This document shows positions 1 through 8,131 of a stretch of DNA of 36,919 nt, in pieces. Source of the DNA: a virus (taxonomy: Duplodnaviria; Caudoviricetes). The position numbers were made by a program, and so were the translations under genes. The notes beneath the pieces are model-generated. The model ran no database searches and was not told the DNA's origin. It saw only the letters and a list, made by a program, of their open reading frames with translations. The stretch is taken from positions 1 through 36,919 of IMG/VR virus record IMGVR_UViG_3300025725_000005; one strand, written 5' to 3'. Within the stretch, counting starts at the first letter, position 1, and the number at the start of each line of letters is the position of its first letter.

Positions 1-5
1 GCCGC

Positions 6-14
6 TGCTAGACT
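6..14 (+). promoter_or_regulatory. Extended -10 promoter element of the tRNA gene
   Basis: TG-C-TAGACT matches TGnTAnnnT and ends 8 nt before the tRNA 5' end. Confidence 0.5.
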
Positions 15-22
15 CTGCCGGT

Positions 23-99
<77 letters not shown>

Positions 100-159
100 C
101 CGATCTGAGCACGACATGACCGGCGAGCGGCGACTCGCGACACGCGACGAACCGGCGAG

Positions 160-179
160 GTCCAGCCATTGTCCAGCCA
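160..179 (+). repeat. Putative integrase arm-type sites (tandem GTCCAGCCA)
   Basis: GTCCAGCCATTGTCCAGCCA, identical to 36704-36723; the two copies flank the core in reconstituted attP. Confidence 0.75.
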
Positions 180-184
180 ATCGA

Positions 185-403
185 TCATCGACCGATCCTG
201 CGCGCAAAGGCGTTCAGCCGATCTTTGAGCCAGGACATGACGCGAAGCAGTGGCGCGAAGGCTTCATCCACTGCCTGCCGTTGCCGCCGGCGCGGCAGAT
301 CGCGACGTCGTTCGTACCGCGTCCAAATGCGATCCATCCAGGCGAACTCTTCAGACGTTGGTTCAGTCTCAGACGAACGGATCAGTCGTGACGGCCGCCT
401 CAT
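185..403 (-). CDS. Hypothetical protein (72 aa)
   Basis: ATG overlaps the integrase TGA (ATGA coupling). Confidence 0.55.
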   Translation of the reverse strand: MRRPSRLIRSSETEPTSEEFAWMDRIWTRYERRRDLPRRRQRQAVDEAFAPLLRVMSWLKDRLNAFARRIGR

Positions 404-1437
404 CCAACCATCCTCCCGAGCCGCTCAACCGCGTCACGCCTAAGTTCGTCGCCCGGACGGGCGTAGTGCTCGGACATGGATACCTTCGTGTGACCAAGGA
501 TCGTGCGGATGACCTCGATCGGAACGCCGGCGTCGAGCATCAGCGACGCAGCCGTGTGGCGCAGCCCGTGGAGCGTGATGTACGGCACGCCCGCCTTTGC
601 GCACAGGTTGCGGAAGTGGCGCGTCACGTACTCGGGTCGGTAGGGCCAGATCGGGCCGGGACGACGCTCCACCAGTCCCAGGGCTTCTCGTGCGAAAGCT
701 CCAAGAGGCACGATTCGCACACCCGCAGAAGTCTTCGAGGCCCGGACGGCCACGTTACCCATATCGACGCCGATGTCCCGCCATGAGAGACCGAGCAGCT
801 CGGAACGTCGCAATCCGGTTCCGATGGCAACGGCGTAGAGGGAGTAGAGCGGATCATCCTTCGCGACCTCCAAGAACCTGCGCGCCTGCTCGGCGGTGAA
901 GTGCTGCGGCTCGGCCTGTTCGAGCTTCGGTAGCTGGACGAGCTCGGCGACGTTGCGATCGATGAGGCCGTCGCCCATCGCCTGGTGGAGCACCATGCGC
1001 ACGACGTCGATGATGCCGCGCACTGTCCGCGCGGCATAGCCCTCGTCGAGCCGGACGGCGATCAGCCGGCGCAGGTCGGACGGCTGCAGCGCGCGCAGTG
1101 GCAGGTGGCGGATCGGACCGAGGTGGTTGCGGGCCAGCGAATCGTAGAACGCGAACGTCGCCGGCCGGACCGACGGCTTGACGGCGAGCAGCCACTCGTC
1201 GACATACGCCGCGACGGTCACGCGCCGCTCCTCGATCGGAAGTCCACGACGTTCTCGGTCGTTGACCTCGTCGAGCTTCGCCCAGGCGGCCGCCTCCGAC
1301 CGAAACTCCCATTCCTTGCGCAGGTAGCGCCCATCGGCGCCGCGTCCGAGACGGACCGAGGCGCGCCATTTGCCATCGCGGGTCGGGTAGACCGATCCGG
1401 TTCCCCATGCCCGGCGTTCACCTTCGTCCGGATCCAC
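400..1437 (-). CDS. int: Tyrosine integrase
   Basis: N-terminal RRAWGTGSVY..DGKWRA arm-binding motif; catalytic GLRRSE, KT, HGLRH, LGH, HY. Start uncertain (GTG 1437 chosen). Confidence 0.95.
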   Translation of the reverse strand: MDPDEGERRAWGTGSVYPTRDGKWRASVRLGRGADGRYLRKEWEFRSEAAAWAKLDEVNDRERRGLPIEERRVTVAAYVDEWLLAVKPSVRPATFAFYDSLARNHLGPIRHLPLRALQPSDLRRLIAVRLDEGYAARTVRGIIDVVRMVLHQAMGDGLIDRNVAELVQLPKLEQAEPQHFTAEQARRFLEVAKDDPLYSLYAVAIGTGLRRSELLGLSWRDIGVDMGNVAVRASKTSAGVRIVPLGAFAREALGLVERRPGPIWPYRPEYVTRHFRNLCAKAGVPYITLHGLRHTAASLMLDAGVPIEVIRTILGHTKVSMSEHYARPGDELRRDAVERLGRMVG

Positions 1438-1586
1438 TCGCGTGCCTGGTCGGGATCGACGCGCTTGTGTCGGGCCGACACTTCGATGAACGGGAAGCCG
1501 TCGTTGCGGTTCAGCCGGCGCAGCGTCGGCACGCTCACGCGCAGGAAGTCGGCGGCCTCCTCGAGTGTCCACAGTCCCTCCGTCAT
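1218..1586 (-). CDS. xis: Excisionase-like HTH protein
   Basis: LWTLEEAADFLRVSVPTLRRL MerR/HTH_17-like motif directly upstream of int; C-terminal half overlaps int out of frame. Confidence 0.8.
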   Translation of the reverse strand: MTEGLWTLEEAADFLRVSVPTLRRLNRNDGFPFIEVSARHKRVDPDQAREWIRTKVNAGHGEPDRSTRPAMANGAPRSVSDAAPMGATCARNGSFGRRRPPGRSSTRSTTENVVDFRSRSGA

Positions 1587-1819
1587 CGTGCCCCGTCCAG
1601 CCAATTGTCGCCCTGTGGTGGCGGCCCGTAGCGCTGGATCGTTGGACAGGGCCAGACCTCACCGCAGCTGGCGCACCGATCCTTGCTTCGGAACGGGGTC
1701 TCGAAAACGTTGGCGTAGTGGTAGGCCTGTGCGACGTGTCGATCGACCCGATGCCGCTCGTGCTCGCCGGCATCGCAGATCGGGCACCGAGACGGCCGGT
1801 AGGCCTCGCGGTCGATCAC
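1583..1819 (-). CDS. Small Cys/His-rich protein
   Basis: CPIC and CASCGEVWPC motifs; 4-nt overlaps with both neighbours. Confidence 0.7.
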   Translation of the reverse strand: MIDREAYRPSRCPICDAGEHERHRVDRHVAQAYHYANVFETPFRSKDRCASCGEVWPCPTIQRYGPPPQGDNWLDGAR

Positions 1820-1950
1820 GAGGACCAGCCCTCGCCGCGCTCATCCTCGGGCGGGTCGACGTTCGGCAGCCACTCGTCGTCCGAGCGCCGGGCGAGACGG
1901 AGCACGATGGCGATGGCCGCGATGGCGAGCAGGACGAGGGCGAGCTTCAT
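1816..1950 (-). CDS. Small membrane-anchored protein (44 aa)
   Basis: MKLALVLLAIAAIAIVLRL hydrophobic N-terminus, acidic tail; ATGA overlap. Confidence 0.6.
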   Translation of the reverse strand: MKLALVLLAIAAIAIVLRLARRSDDEWLPNVDPPEDERGEGWSS

Positions 1951-2333
1951 TCGCCGAGCAGCTCGAGGAGGACGTCGGCGTGGCAGGGCTGATCGAGTGG
2001 GCACCAGCAGGCGAGATCGAAGCCGCGCAGTGGGTCGAGCCAGGATGGGTCCGCGCCAAACATGGCCGTGGCATCTCCGCGATAGCACAGGACTGCCTCG
2101 ACCGCCGTCAACTTCACAGGCAGGACGCCCTCGCCGACGTGGCGCTGACCACCGTGGCGCTCGTAGTCGATCGGGATGGGGCGACCGAGCCGTCGGCAGG
2201 CGCTACGAACGATGAAGCCGAGCCGGTTCTCCCCCACCCGGTATGGGTTGCCCCACAGCGACGGCCGACCGACATAGACCGCGCCGGCGGGCATCCGCCA
2301 GTCCTGCGTGCGCTGGCGCTGGACGCGGATCAT
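1947..2333 (-). CDS. DUF4326-like protein
   Basis: AVYVGRPSLWGNPY and LRGFDLACWCPLDQPCHADVL signatures. Confidence 0.85.
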   Translation of the reverse strand: MIRVQRQRTQDWRMPAGAVYVGRPSLWGNPYRVGENRLGFIVRSACRRLGRPIPIDYERHGGQRHVGEGVLPVKLTAVEAVLCYRGDATAMFGADPSWLDPLRGFDLACWCPLDQPCHADVLLELLGE

Positions 2334-2812
2334 CCGTGCAGGTCCGACCAGGTGCACGCCACCGCAAGTGCGCTCCACACGTCGCCGGCGACTCCGTATA
2401 GCGGGCCTGGCTTCGCCTTCTTGCCGATCGCGTCAGGTCCACCGAATCGATCGATGAGCGACTGGCGGATGTTCGGGTCCTTGGCGCGCATCGACCCGCA
2501 GAGGTGGATCTTCACGGCCTTGCGGCCCAGTCGATCGACTGTGAGCGGTCGGGCGGCTTCCGCCATCTGTCCGCTGACGTACACCGTTTCAAACACCTCG
2601 GCACCGACGGCCATCCCGAACGCTTCGATCTTCTCGATGACGACGATGTCGACGCCGCGCATCAGGTGAAGATCGCCACGCAGCCCACGCAACAGCTCGT
2701 CGTTCGGCCAGATCGCAAACGACTCGACTCGATCGCCGGTCAGCGGGTGCGTCGCGAAACGCAGCCAGGCCGACTGCACCGGTCCGGGATCGATCGCGAC
2801 GATGACGGTCAT
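2330..2812 (-). CDS. RuvC-like Holliday junction resolvase
   Basis: IVAIDPG, VVIE and DVWSALAVA RNase H-fold motifs. Confidence 0.8.
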   Translation of the reverse strand: MTVIVAIDPGPVQSAWLRFATHPLTGDRVESFAIWPNDELLRGLRGDLHLMRGVDIVVIEKIEAFGMAVGAEVFETVYVSGQMAEAARPLTVDRLGRKAVKIHLCGSMRAKDPNIRQSLIDRFGGPDAIGKKAKPGPLYGVAGDVWSALAVACTWSDLHG

Positions 2813-3072
2813 TCCTCGACCCATAGCGCGGCGCGATCGACGTCGAACTGCGGGCCGCGGGTGTCAAAGACGATCTCGGCCCGGTCGCGTTCGACCTCGC
2901 CCGGGCCTGGCGTCCAGCGATAGGTGCCGACGATCCAACAGACCGAGCCAGGTGCGACCACGCGCAGCTGGTTGCCATGTCGGTCAAAGAGCGGCGTCGG
3001 CCGAGTGAACGTTGCCTGAGTACCCTGGCTGCGAACTGCGGGACGTGGCCGGAACCTGATCAGGTTGCTCAC
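2809..3072 (-). CDS. Hypothetical protein
   Basis: GAGG upstream of GTG; coupled to both neighbours by 4-nt overlaps. Confidence 0.6.
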   Translation of the reverse strand: MSNLIRFRPRPAVRSQGTQATFTRPTPLFDRHGNQLRVVAPGSVCWIVGTYRWTPGPGEVERDRAEIVFDTRGPQFDVDRAALWVEE

Positions 3073-3302
3073 AGCGGCTTCCTCGCACCGGGCCGGTGCC
3101 AACCTCTTCGACAGTAGCGGCACAGCGAGCGGCTCTTCTCAGGCGGCTCAGCGCACAGGCACTCCGGGCACGAGCAGCGCCCGAACTCGACGGCCGGCGG
3201 CCTGTCGAGCGGATCGCGCATCGATCGGTCGGTCATCGCGAAAATTCCAGACTTGCCAGATTCCGAGTCAGGGCGAGAGCCGGCGGGCTTGGTGAACACC
3301 AT
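3069..3302 (-). CDS. Small Cys-rich hypothetical protein
   Basis: CSCPECLC...CRYC..GWH; start uncertain. Confidence 0.55.
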   Translation of the reverse strand: MVFTKPAGSRPDSESGKSGIFAMTDRSMRDPLDRPPAVEFGRCSCPECLCAEPPEKSRSLCRYCRRGWHRPGARKPL

Positions 3303-3336
3303 GTCGCTCGGCTAGGTACTACCCCACCCCGGATCG

Positions 3337-3930
3337 TCATCGCTTCGACTCGAGCAGCGCCATCCCAGCGCCGACTGCTGGGTCGAGCTCACCGGCGAGG
3401 ACGTCGCCGACACGCGTCATGCGCCCGCGCCTCTCTGTTCTTCTACCGTTCTTAGATTCATTGGTTGGGATGGTTGGTTGGCGTGGCTGGCGTGGAGCAT
3501 TGCCATCGCTATGCGATCGCATTGCGCCCTGCATTGCGTCTGCACACAGTTGGCAGCGCTCGAATTCACCCACGTGCCAGCGCTTGTGAGCGGCCCGCTG
3601 CCCGGCGTCACTGCTCTTCTTCATGCGCGCCATCGCGGGCTCGACCCACTCGCGCCAGCTATCCAACGGAACGCGTCCGGCCCGATCAACGACGTCGCAC
3701 GCCTTCAGTGCAGCGAGCGCTTCAGCTGCTGTGCACGGCAATGCCGGACACCAGGTCTGCTCGAGGGTAAGTTTGCGATTGCCCTTCGCCCAAGCCTCAC
3801 CGAGCAACGCCTGGTAGGCGCACCAATAGGTCGTCCACTGCTGTGGGTACCGTGCCTGCAGCATGCGAACCTTGCGGTGGTAGGCCCAGTTGGTGTCGAC
3901 GTCCATGCGCGTCAGCGGATCGCGACTCAT
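3337..3930 (-). CDS. Putative phage replication initiator
   Basis: N-terminal MDVDTNWAYHRKV and DAGQRAAHKRW resemble phage initiator N-domains; internal iteron-like repeats; ATGA overlap at start. Confidence 0.55.
   Translation of the reverse strand: MSRDPLTRMDVDTNWAYHRKVRMLQARYPQQWTTYWCAYQALLGEAWAKGNRKLTLEQTWCPALPCTAAEALAALKACDVVDRAGRVPLDSWREWVEPAMARMKKSSDAGQRAAHKRWHVGEFERCQLCADAMQGAMRSHSDGNAPRQPRQPTIPTNESKNGRRTERRGRMTRVGDVLAGELDPAVGAGMALLESKR
3431..3540. repeat. Candidate replication origin within the initiator gene
   Basis: GCATTGC/GCTATGC at 3497, 3508, 3519 and 3531 (11-12 bp period), next to TGG repeats and a T-rich tract. Confidence 0.5.
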
Positions 3931-4121
3931 TCGGTGATCTCGACAGTGGCGTCGTAGACCAGCGCAGGGATCTCGAAGCGCGCGAGCAGATCCTCGAGCG
4001 CGCGGTCCAGATCGCCGTCCTGGGCGTTCTTGGTCAGCAACTCTTCGATGCGTTCGCGGCTCGGCAGCACGACGTCCGCATCGGCGAACCCCTCGGGATG
4101 GAACGTGATGGCGAGCCTCAC
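3927..4121 (-). CDS. Hypothetical protein
   Basis: Acidic 64-aa ORF with 4-nt overlaps on both sides. Confidence 0.65.
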   Translation of the reverse strand: MRLAITFHPEGFADADVVLPSRERIEELLTKNAQDGDLDRALEDLLARFEIPALVYDATVEITE

Positions 4122-4663
4122 GCGCCGACTTGCTTCCGATAGGCGTCGACGTCCAGGAAGTCGACTTCGTTGCCGCCGTGGTCAGGGTGATGGACGCGCA
4201 GGGCGGCCTTGATCGAGCCGGCCGCTTCGACCAGACGTCGCCCGTGGTCGGGATCCACTGCGCCCGCGCCCAGCATCGCGAAACCGGCGTACTGCTCTGC
4301 ACCAGTTGTCGCGCCGTAGCGATCGACCGCACGCAGCGCCTCGAGCGTCAGTGCGATCGCATGAATGTTGTCATGCAGATGCGGGAACGCATCGACGTGG
4401 AATGCCACGCGTTGGTCCTCGCGCTCGAAGCTGACCTCGACGCCGCGGTAGAGCACCTTGAGGCCCGCGCGTGGACGGCCGGCGAGCGACAGCTGATCGG
4501 GCGTGGCCACGATGCTGATGAGCAGGTCGTCACCACCGCTGCGCTCGACCTCTTCGGCGAGCTTCTCGAGGGATCGCTCCCAGGACGTTCGGAACAGGCT
4601 CGGTCGCGTCTTCTCGGCCGCCGGATGGGGCCAGGCAGGCAACGTGCGCCAATCGGCCCTCAT
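4118..4663 (-). CDS. Phage protein with C-terminal J-domain-like motif
   Basis: NIHAIALTLEALRAVDRYG..QYAGF followed by HHPDHGG. Confidence 0.75.
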   Translation of the reverse strand: MRADWRTLPAWPHPAAEKTRPSLFRTSWERSLEKLAEEVERSGGDDLLISIVATPDQLSLAGRPRAGLKVLYRGVEVSFEREDQRVAFHVDAFPHLHDNIHAIALTLEALRAVDRYGATTGAEQYAGFAMLGAGAVDPDHGRRLVEAAGSIKAALRVHHPDHGGNEVDFLDVDAYRKQVGA

Positions 4664-5019
4664 TCCGGGATCTCCGGATAGAGCTCGTGGACCGCTGCAC
4701 GGTCACCGGCGATCTTGAGCGCTGCCCCGAGGTTCTTGGCGTGGCCATCCTGCTCGATCTTGAATGCGAGCAGGATCTTCGTCGTGCCCTCGATCTCCCT
4801 GACATGCTGATTGAGCTCGTCGATCTCACTCTTGTCGACGAGGCCCCAGCCGTCAGGCAGGTTGATCAGGATCCTCGACGCCAACAACGCCGCGGCGCGC
4901 GCAGCGGCCGTTTTGCCGCCTGCGATCGGCCATGGCACACCCGAGGCGACGTCGTTGTCGATCGTCTTCTTGATCGCGATCGTCAGAGCGCGGTGTGGGC
5001 TCATTGCGGAATCTGTCAT
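4660..5019 (-). CDS. Hypothetical protein
   Basis: GGAGAGG upstream, ATGA overlaps. Confidence 0.65.
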   Translation of the reverse strand: MTDSAMSPHRALTIAIKKTIDNDVASGVPWPIAGGKTAAARAAALLASRILINLPDGWGLVDKSEIDELNQHVREIEGTTKILLAFKIEQDGHAKNLGAALKIAGDRAAVHELYPEIPE

Positions 5020-5294
5020 TCGGCCTCTCCATATGCTGCGAGGATGCGTCGCGCCTGGTCGGGCGTCGGGCAACTCCGGCCGCGTTCGATGCGCGACAGC
5101 TCGCCCGCGTTGATCCCGGTCCGCTCGGCCAGTTCTCGGAGCGACCAACCGGTCGGCACACGCAGCGAACCCCACGCGCTGGCGGTGAACTTCGGGATAC
5201 GCTGCGGCCGTGTCTCCTGTGCGTTGCAACGCAGCGCCTTGCCACGATCCACGTTCGACCGCGTCTCGATGCCTTCCCGCGGTTCCGCGGTCAC
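5016..5294 (-). CDS. XRE-family HTH protein
   Basis: GWSLRELAERTGINAGELSRIERG. Confidence 0.88.
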   Translation of the reverse strand: MTAEPREGIETRSNVDRGKALRCNAQETRPQRIPKFTASAWGSLRVPTGWSLRELAERTGINAGELSRIERGRSCPTPDQARRILAAYGEAE

Positions 5295-5482
5295 CTGAGC
5301 AGCCTCAGCGTCGGTAGCTGGACCGACTGGCGCGCGACGTAGTTGCCGCGCAGTTGCTCCAGAGCGGCGTAATCGCGGTGCTCAGGCTGGCGCCGATGCG
5401 TCTGGACGGCAATCTCGATCGACTCGGGATCGGTCTCGGACTCGATCACGCCACGACAGGCGCAGCGCCGGCGCTCGGTCAC
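5291..5482 (-). CDS. Hypothetical protein
   Basis: CAC..H..H pattern; GTGA overlaps. Confidence 0.55.
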   Translation of the reverse strand: MTERRRCACRGVIESETDPESIEIAVQTHRRQPEHRDYAALEQLRGNYVARQSVQLPTLRLLR

Positions 5483-5817
5483 CACTGGATCGCCTCCTGG
5501 ACGGCAGCAGGCTCGTCAGGCGGATTCAGATGGGCACGCCACCGCTCGAGGTACGCCTTCTCGCCCTGGATCGTGACGAGTTGAACCATCGCTCGTTTGT
5601 GACGGCGCTCGACGTTGTAGGCCAGCTCTTCGGGGTTGCGGGCTAGTCGATAGCCATCCGGCCCACTGAGCACGGGCAACTGGGACCGCTTGCGAGCCTG
5701 CTCGACGGCATGCTCCACGTCTCTGGGCGTGCAGCGCATCAGCTCGGCTAATTGGCGCTTAGTGCGATAGACGTCGCGCGACAGCGCCTCCGACAACATC
5801 ACTGCCGCTTCCTCCAC
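5479..5817 (-). CDS. Winged-HTH-like protein
   Basis: TKRQLAELMRCTPRDVEHAVEQAR...GPDGYRLA. Confidence 0.7.
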   Translation of the reverse strand: MEEAAVMLSEALSRDVYRTKRQLAELMRCTPRDVEHAVEQARKRSQLPVLSGPDGYRLARNPEELAYNVERRHKRAMVQLVTIQGEKAYLERWRAHLNPPDEPAAVQEAIQW

Positions 5818-6062
5818 GACGCAGCCTGTGGGCAGGTCGCGAAGTGCGACACGGAATCGGTCGGCTCATGGATGTTCGGCACGTAGTCGAACGGCGACGC
5901 CTTGCCGGTCTTCTCGTTGGTCGCGAAGAGCACGGGCTGCTGACACGATCGGCAGTGCGTCGGAGTCGCTCTCGGTGCAACCGTCCAGCCGTCAGGGATC
6001 AGCCAGAGCCGACCATCGACGGTGCGATCGATCGAGCTCGAGGCGATGTAGCGCGTCGTCAC
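5799..6062 (-). CDS. Small Zn-binding phage protein
   Basis: CRSCQQPV...SHFATCP. Confidence 0.7.
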   Translation of the reverse strand: MTTRYIASSSIDRTVDGRLWLIPDGWTVAPRATPTHCRSCQQPVLFATNEKTGKASPFDYVPNIHEPTDSVSHFATCPQAASWRKRQ

Positions 6063-6649
6063 GCCGCGGCCTTCGTCGGGTAGACCAGGTCGACGGTCGC
6101 CGTGAAGGCCTTGAACCAGCGCTCAGCCTCGTCCTGCGTCCACGTCGGGGCATTGATCTCAAGCCAGTCCAGAAGCGGCGTTAGTGCTGCTGATTCGGGC
6201 GTGGCGCGCGGCCGCGGGGCCCACTGGCCACTGCCCGTCTCACCCGCCGCGATCTTTCGCTTGACCTCATCCATGGCCTCGACGACGGCGGGCGTCCCTT
6301 CGCGCAATCCCGCCTCGAAGGCTGCCTTGAACGGCGACTCGGCAGCGGCCGCTTGCGAGTCCCTCGTGGGGCGCTCAGCCGGCACCTGAGCGATCGTCAC
6401 GCCCGCCTCTCGCTCGCGCTTCCGGTAGAGCTCGACGCGGTCCTTGACGGTCGCTGGCGAGATCCCGAGGATCTCTGCTGCCTTGGCGTGGCCCTGCTCG
6501 CGCGCGATCGTCGCGGTCTCCTCGAGCTGCTCGTCGCTCAGGCGTCGACCGCTCTGTGGGCCAGAGCGCGCGGATCCGGGCGTCTTGTGGTTCCACGCAC
6601 GTGGATCCTCGATCTGCTTCGCCACCTTCGCGATCTCCTCGTCTGTCAT
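6059..6649 (-). CDS. HTH-containing hypothetical protein
   Basis: AKAAEILGISPATVKDRV; start may be 6649 or 6739. Confidence 0.7.
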   Translation of the reverse strand: MTDEEIAKVAKQIEDPRAWNHKTPGSARSGPQSGRRLSDEQLEETATIAREQGHAKAAEILGISPATVKDRVELYRKREREAGVTIAQVPAERPTRDSQAAAAESPFKAAFEAGLREGTPAVVEAMDEVKRKIAAGETGSGQWAPRPRATPESAALTPLLDWLEINAPTWTQDEAERWFKAFTATVDLVYPTKAAA

Positions 6650-6739
6650 GAAGCTGCCGTCAGTGCGCTGGAACGGCGGTTGCGTCTCCGTGGCGCCCTG
6701 CCAGGGACCACGGCGGCCGCCAGGCAGGCACTGCCGCAT

Positions 6740-7198
6740 CTACGCGGGCAGCAGGTCGTTGTCGGCGTCGTCGACGACGTGCGGCTTGGCGAACTCGCTC
6801 GTCTTGCCCAGCCGCTCGATCGCGTCCTGCTCTTCGACTGCGTCGTCGTAGCCCGGCTCGGTCTCTTCCTCGCCCTGCTCGTCAGCCAGGCCGAACGTGA
6901 GCTGGACGCGGTCCTCGGTGGCAAACGAGACCGTCTTGCCCTTGACGAAGCGCTTTGTGATGCGGAAGCGGCCGACGCGGACGACGATCGGCTTGGTCTC
7001 GTCGTCCGGATCCGGCATCTCCAGGCGGCCGATGAGGCTCTTGACCTTCTCGGTCGCGTTCTTGACGGCGAGGTTCTTCTCGGCCCGCTCGTCCTTCGCG
7101 CGTTGGCGGGCTTCGAGCGCCTGCTCGATGTCGGCGTCGTCAATGTGCTTCTCGTCCATGCCGAGCTGCTCGTCGGCCTTGATTGAGCGCAGAGCCAC
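6740..7198 (-). CDS. Hypothetical protein (coiled coil, acidic tail)
   Basis: Protein-like composition; fills the operon gap exactly. Confidence 0.75.
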   Translation of the reverse strand: MALRSIKADEQLGMDEKHIDDADIEQALEARQRAKDERAEKNLAVKNATEKVKSLIGRLEMPDPDDETKPIVVRVGRFRITKRFVKGKTVSFATEDRVQLTFGLADEQGEEETEPGYDDAVEEQDAIERLGKTSEFAKPHVVDDADNDLLPA

Positions 7199-8131
7199 CT
7201 AGCGGCCCTTCATGTGGTTGGCGGGCAGCAGGTCGAGGCCTGCCTGGACGTCGGCCGGGATCGCATCGGCCCGGAACTCGCCCTCGGCGATGTCGTCGCC
7301 GAACGCCGTGCGTGCTGCGTCGACGAGGTTGTCGGACGACGCTGGCACTGCGCCGTCCGACCCCTCGACAGCAACGGGTTCGGCCGCTTGGTCCGCCCGC
7401 CCGTGTTCCAAAGGCGTGCGCCACGACTTCACGCCGCGGCGGTGGTCGCCCGTGTGGCCCGTCGCGAGCTCGCACGGCTCGTTCTTCGGCGAAGGCGCGC
7501 CACAGGCAGTTGTGCCGGTCTGGCTCTGCGGATCAGGGACCGCATTTGGCTCGGTCCCTATTACGGCCGAGCCACCGGCTTGTGCTTCGATCTGGGCGCG
7601 TTGCTGCGCGGCCTTCTCGGCGAGGGTTAGCGCCGGGACTGTGACGCGCTGCGCGTCGGGAATGGAGTCGACCTCGGTCTCATCCGTCCAGCCGAGACCG
7701 GCCAAGCTGAGCGTCAGGCGGCGCTTCGCCTTCGTCTCGGCCTTCATCATCGCGTTGGCCAGAGCCTCGCCGCGCAGTCCGGCGATCGTCACGGCACCGG
7801 TCGAGCTGTCCTCGCGGCCCTGCCGATCACGGCCAGTCGCGGTGACGACGTACAGGTCGCCGATCTGCTGTGGGACGAGCCCGGTGATGGTGATGCCGCG
7901 CGTGGCGCGCAACTGGTCAGCGGCGGCGCGCGTCGCGTACAGCGTCAGCTTGCCGTTGAGGTTGATGTACTCGAACGGCCGCGTCAGCGGGTTCAGACCG
8001 AGCGAATCGCAGACGGCGCTGTAGTAGCTCATCCGATCGACCTCGGACAGCTTCGATAGGTCGCCCTTGATGACAACCTGTTCGGCGAGCGCAGCGCCCG
8101 ACGGCGCGATTGCGACGGCGGAATCCGTCAT
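7199..8131 (-). CDS. Single-strand annealing recombinase (RecT/Redbeta-like)
   Basis: GDLSKL...GLNPLTRPFEYINLNGKL...MKAETKAKRR; coupled to the exonuclease gene. Confidence 0.75.
   Translation of the reverse strand: MTDSAVAIAPSGAALAEQVVIKGDLSKLSEVDRMSYYSAVCDSLGLNPLTRPFEYINLNGKLTLYATRAAADQLRATRGITITGLVPQQIGDLYVVTATGRDRQGREDSSTGAVTIAGLRGEALANAMMKAETKAKRRLTLSLAGLGWTDETEVDSIPDAQRVTVPALTLAEKAAQQRAQIEAQAGGSAVIGTEPNAVPDPQSQTGTTACGAPSPKNEPCELATGHTGDHRRGVKSWRTPLEHGRADQAAEPVAVEGSDGAVPASSDNLVDAARTAFGDDIAEGEFRADAIPADVQAGLDLLPANHMKGR

Noticed and set aside
1438-1773. N-terminal extension of the 457-aa integrase ORF
   Set aside because: Low-complexity Arg/Pro sequence overlapping xis and the Cys-rich gene in other frames
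3931-4332. N-terminal part of the 331-aa ORF
   Set aside because: Overlaps two better-supported coupled genes; ATG 3930 fits the operon
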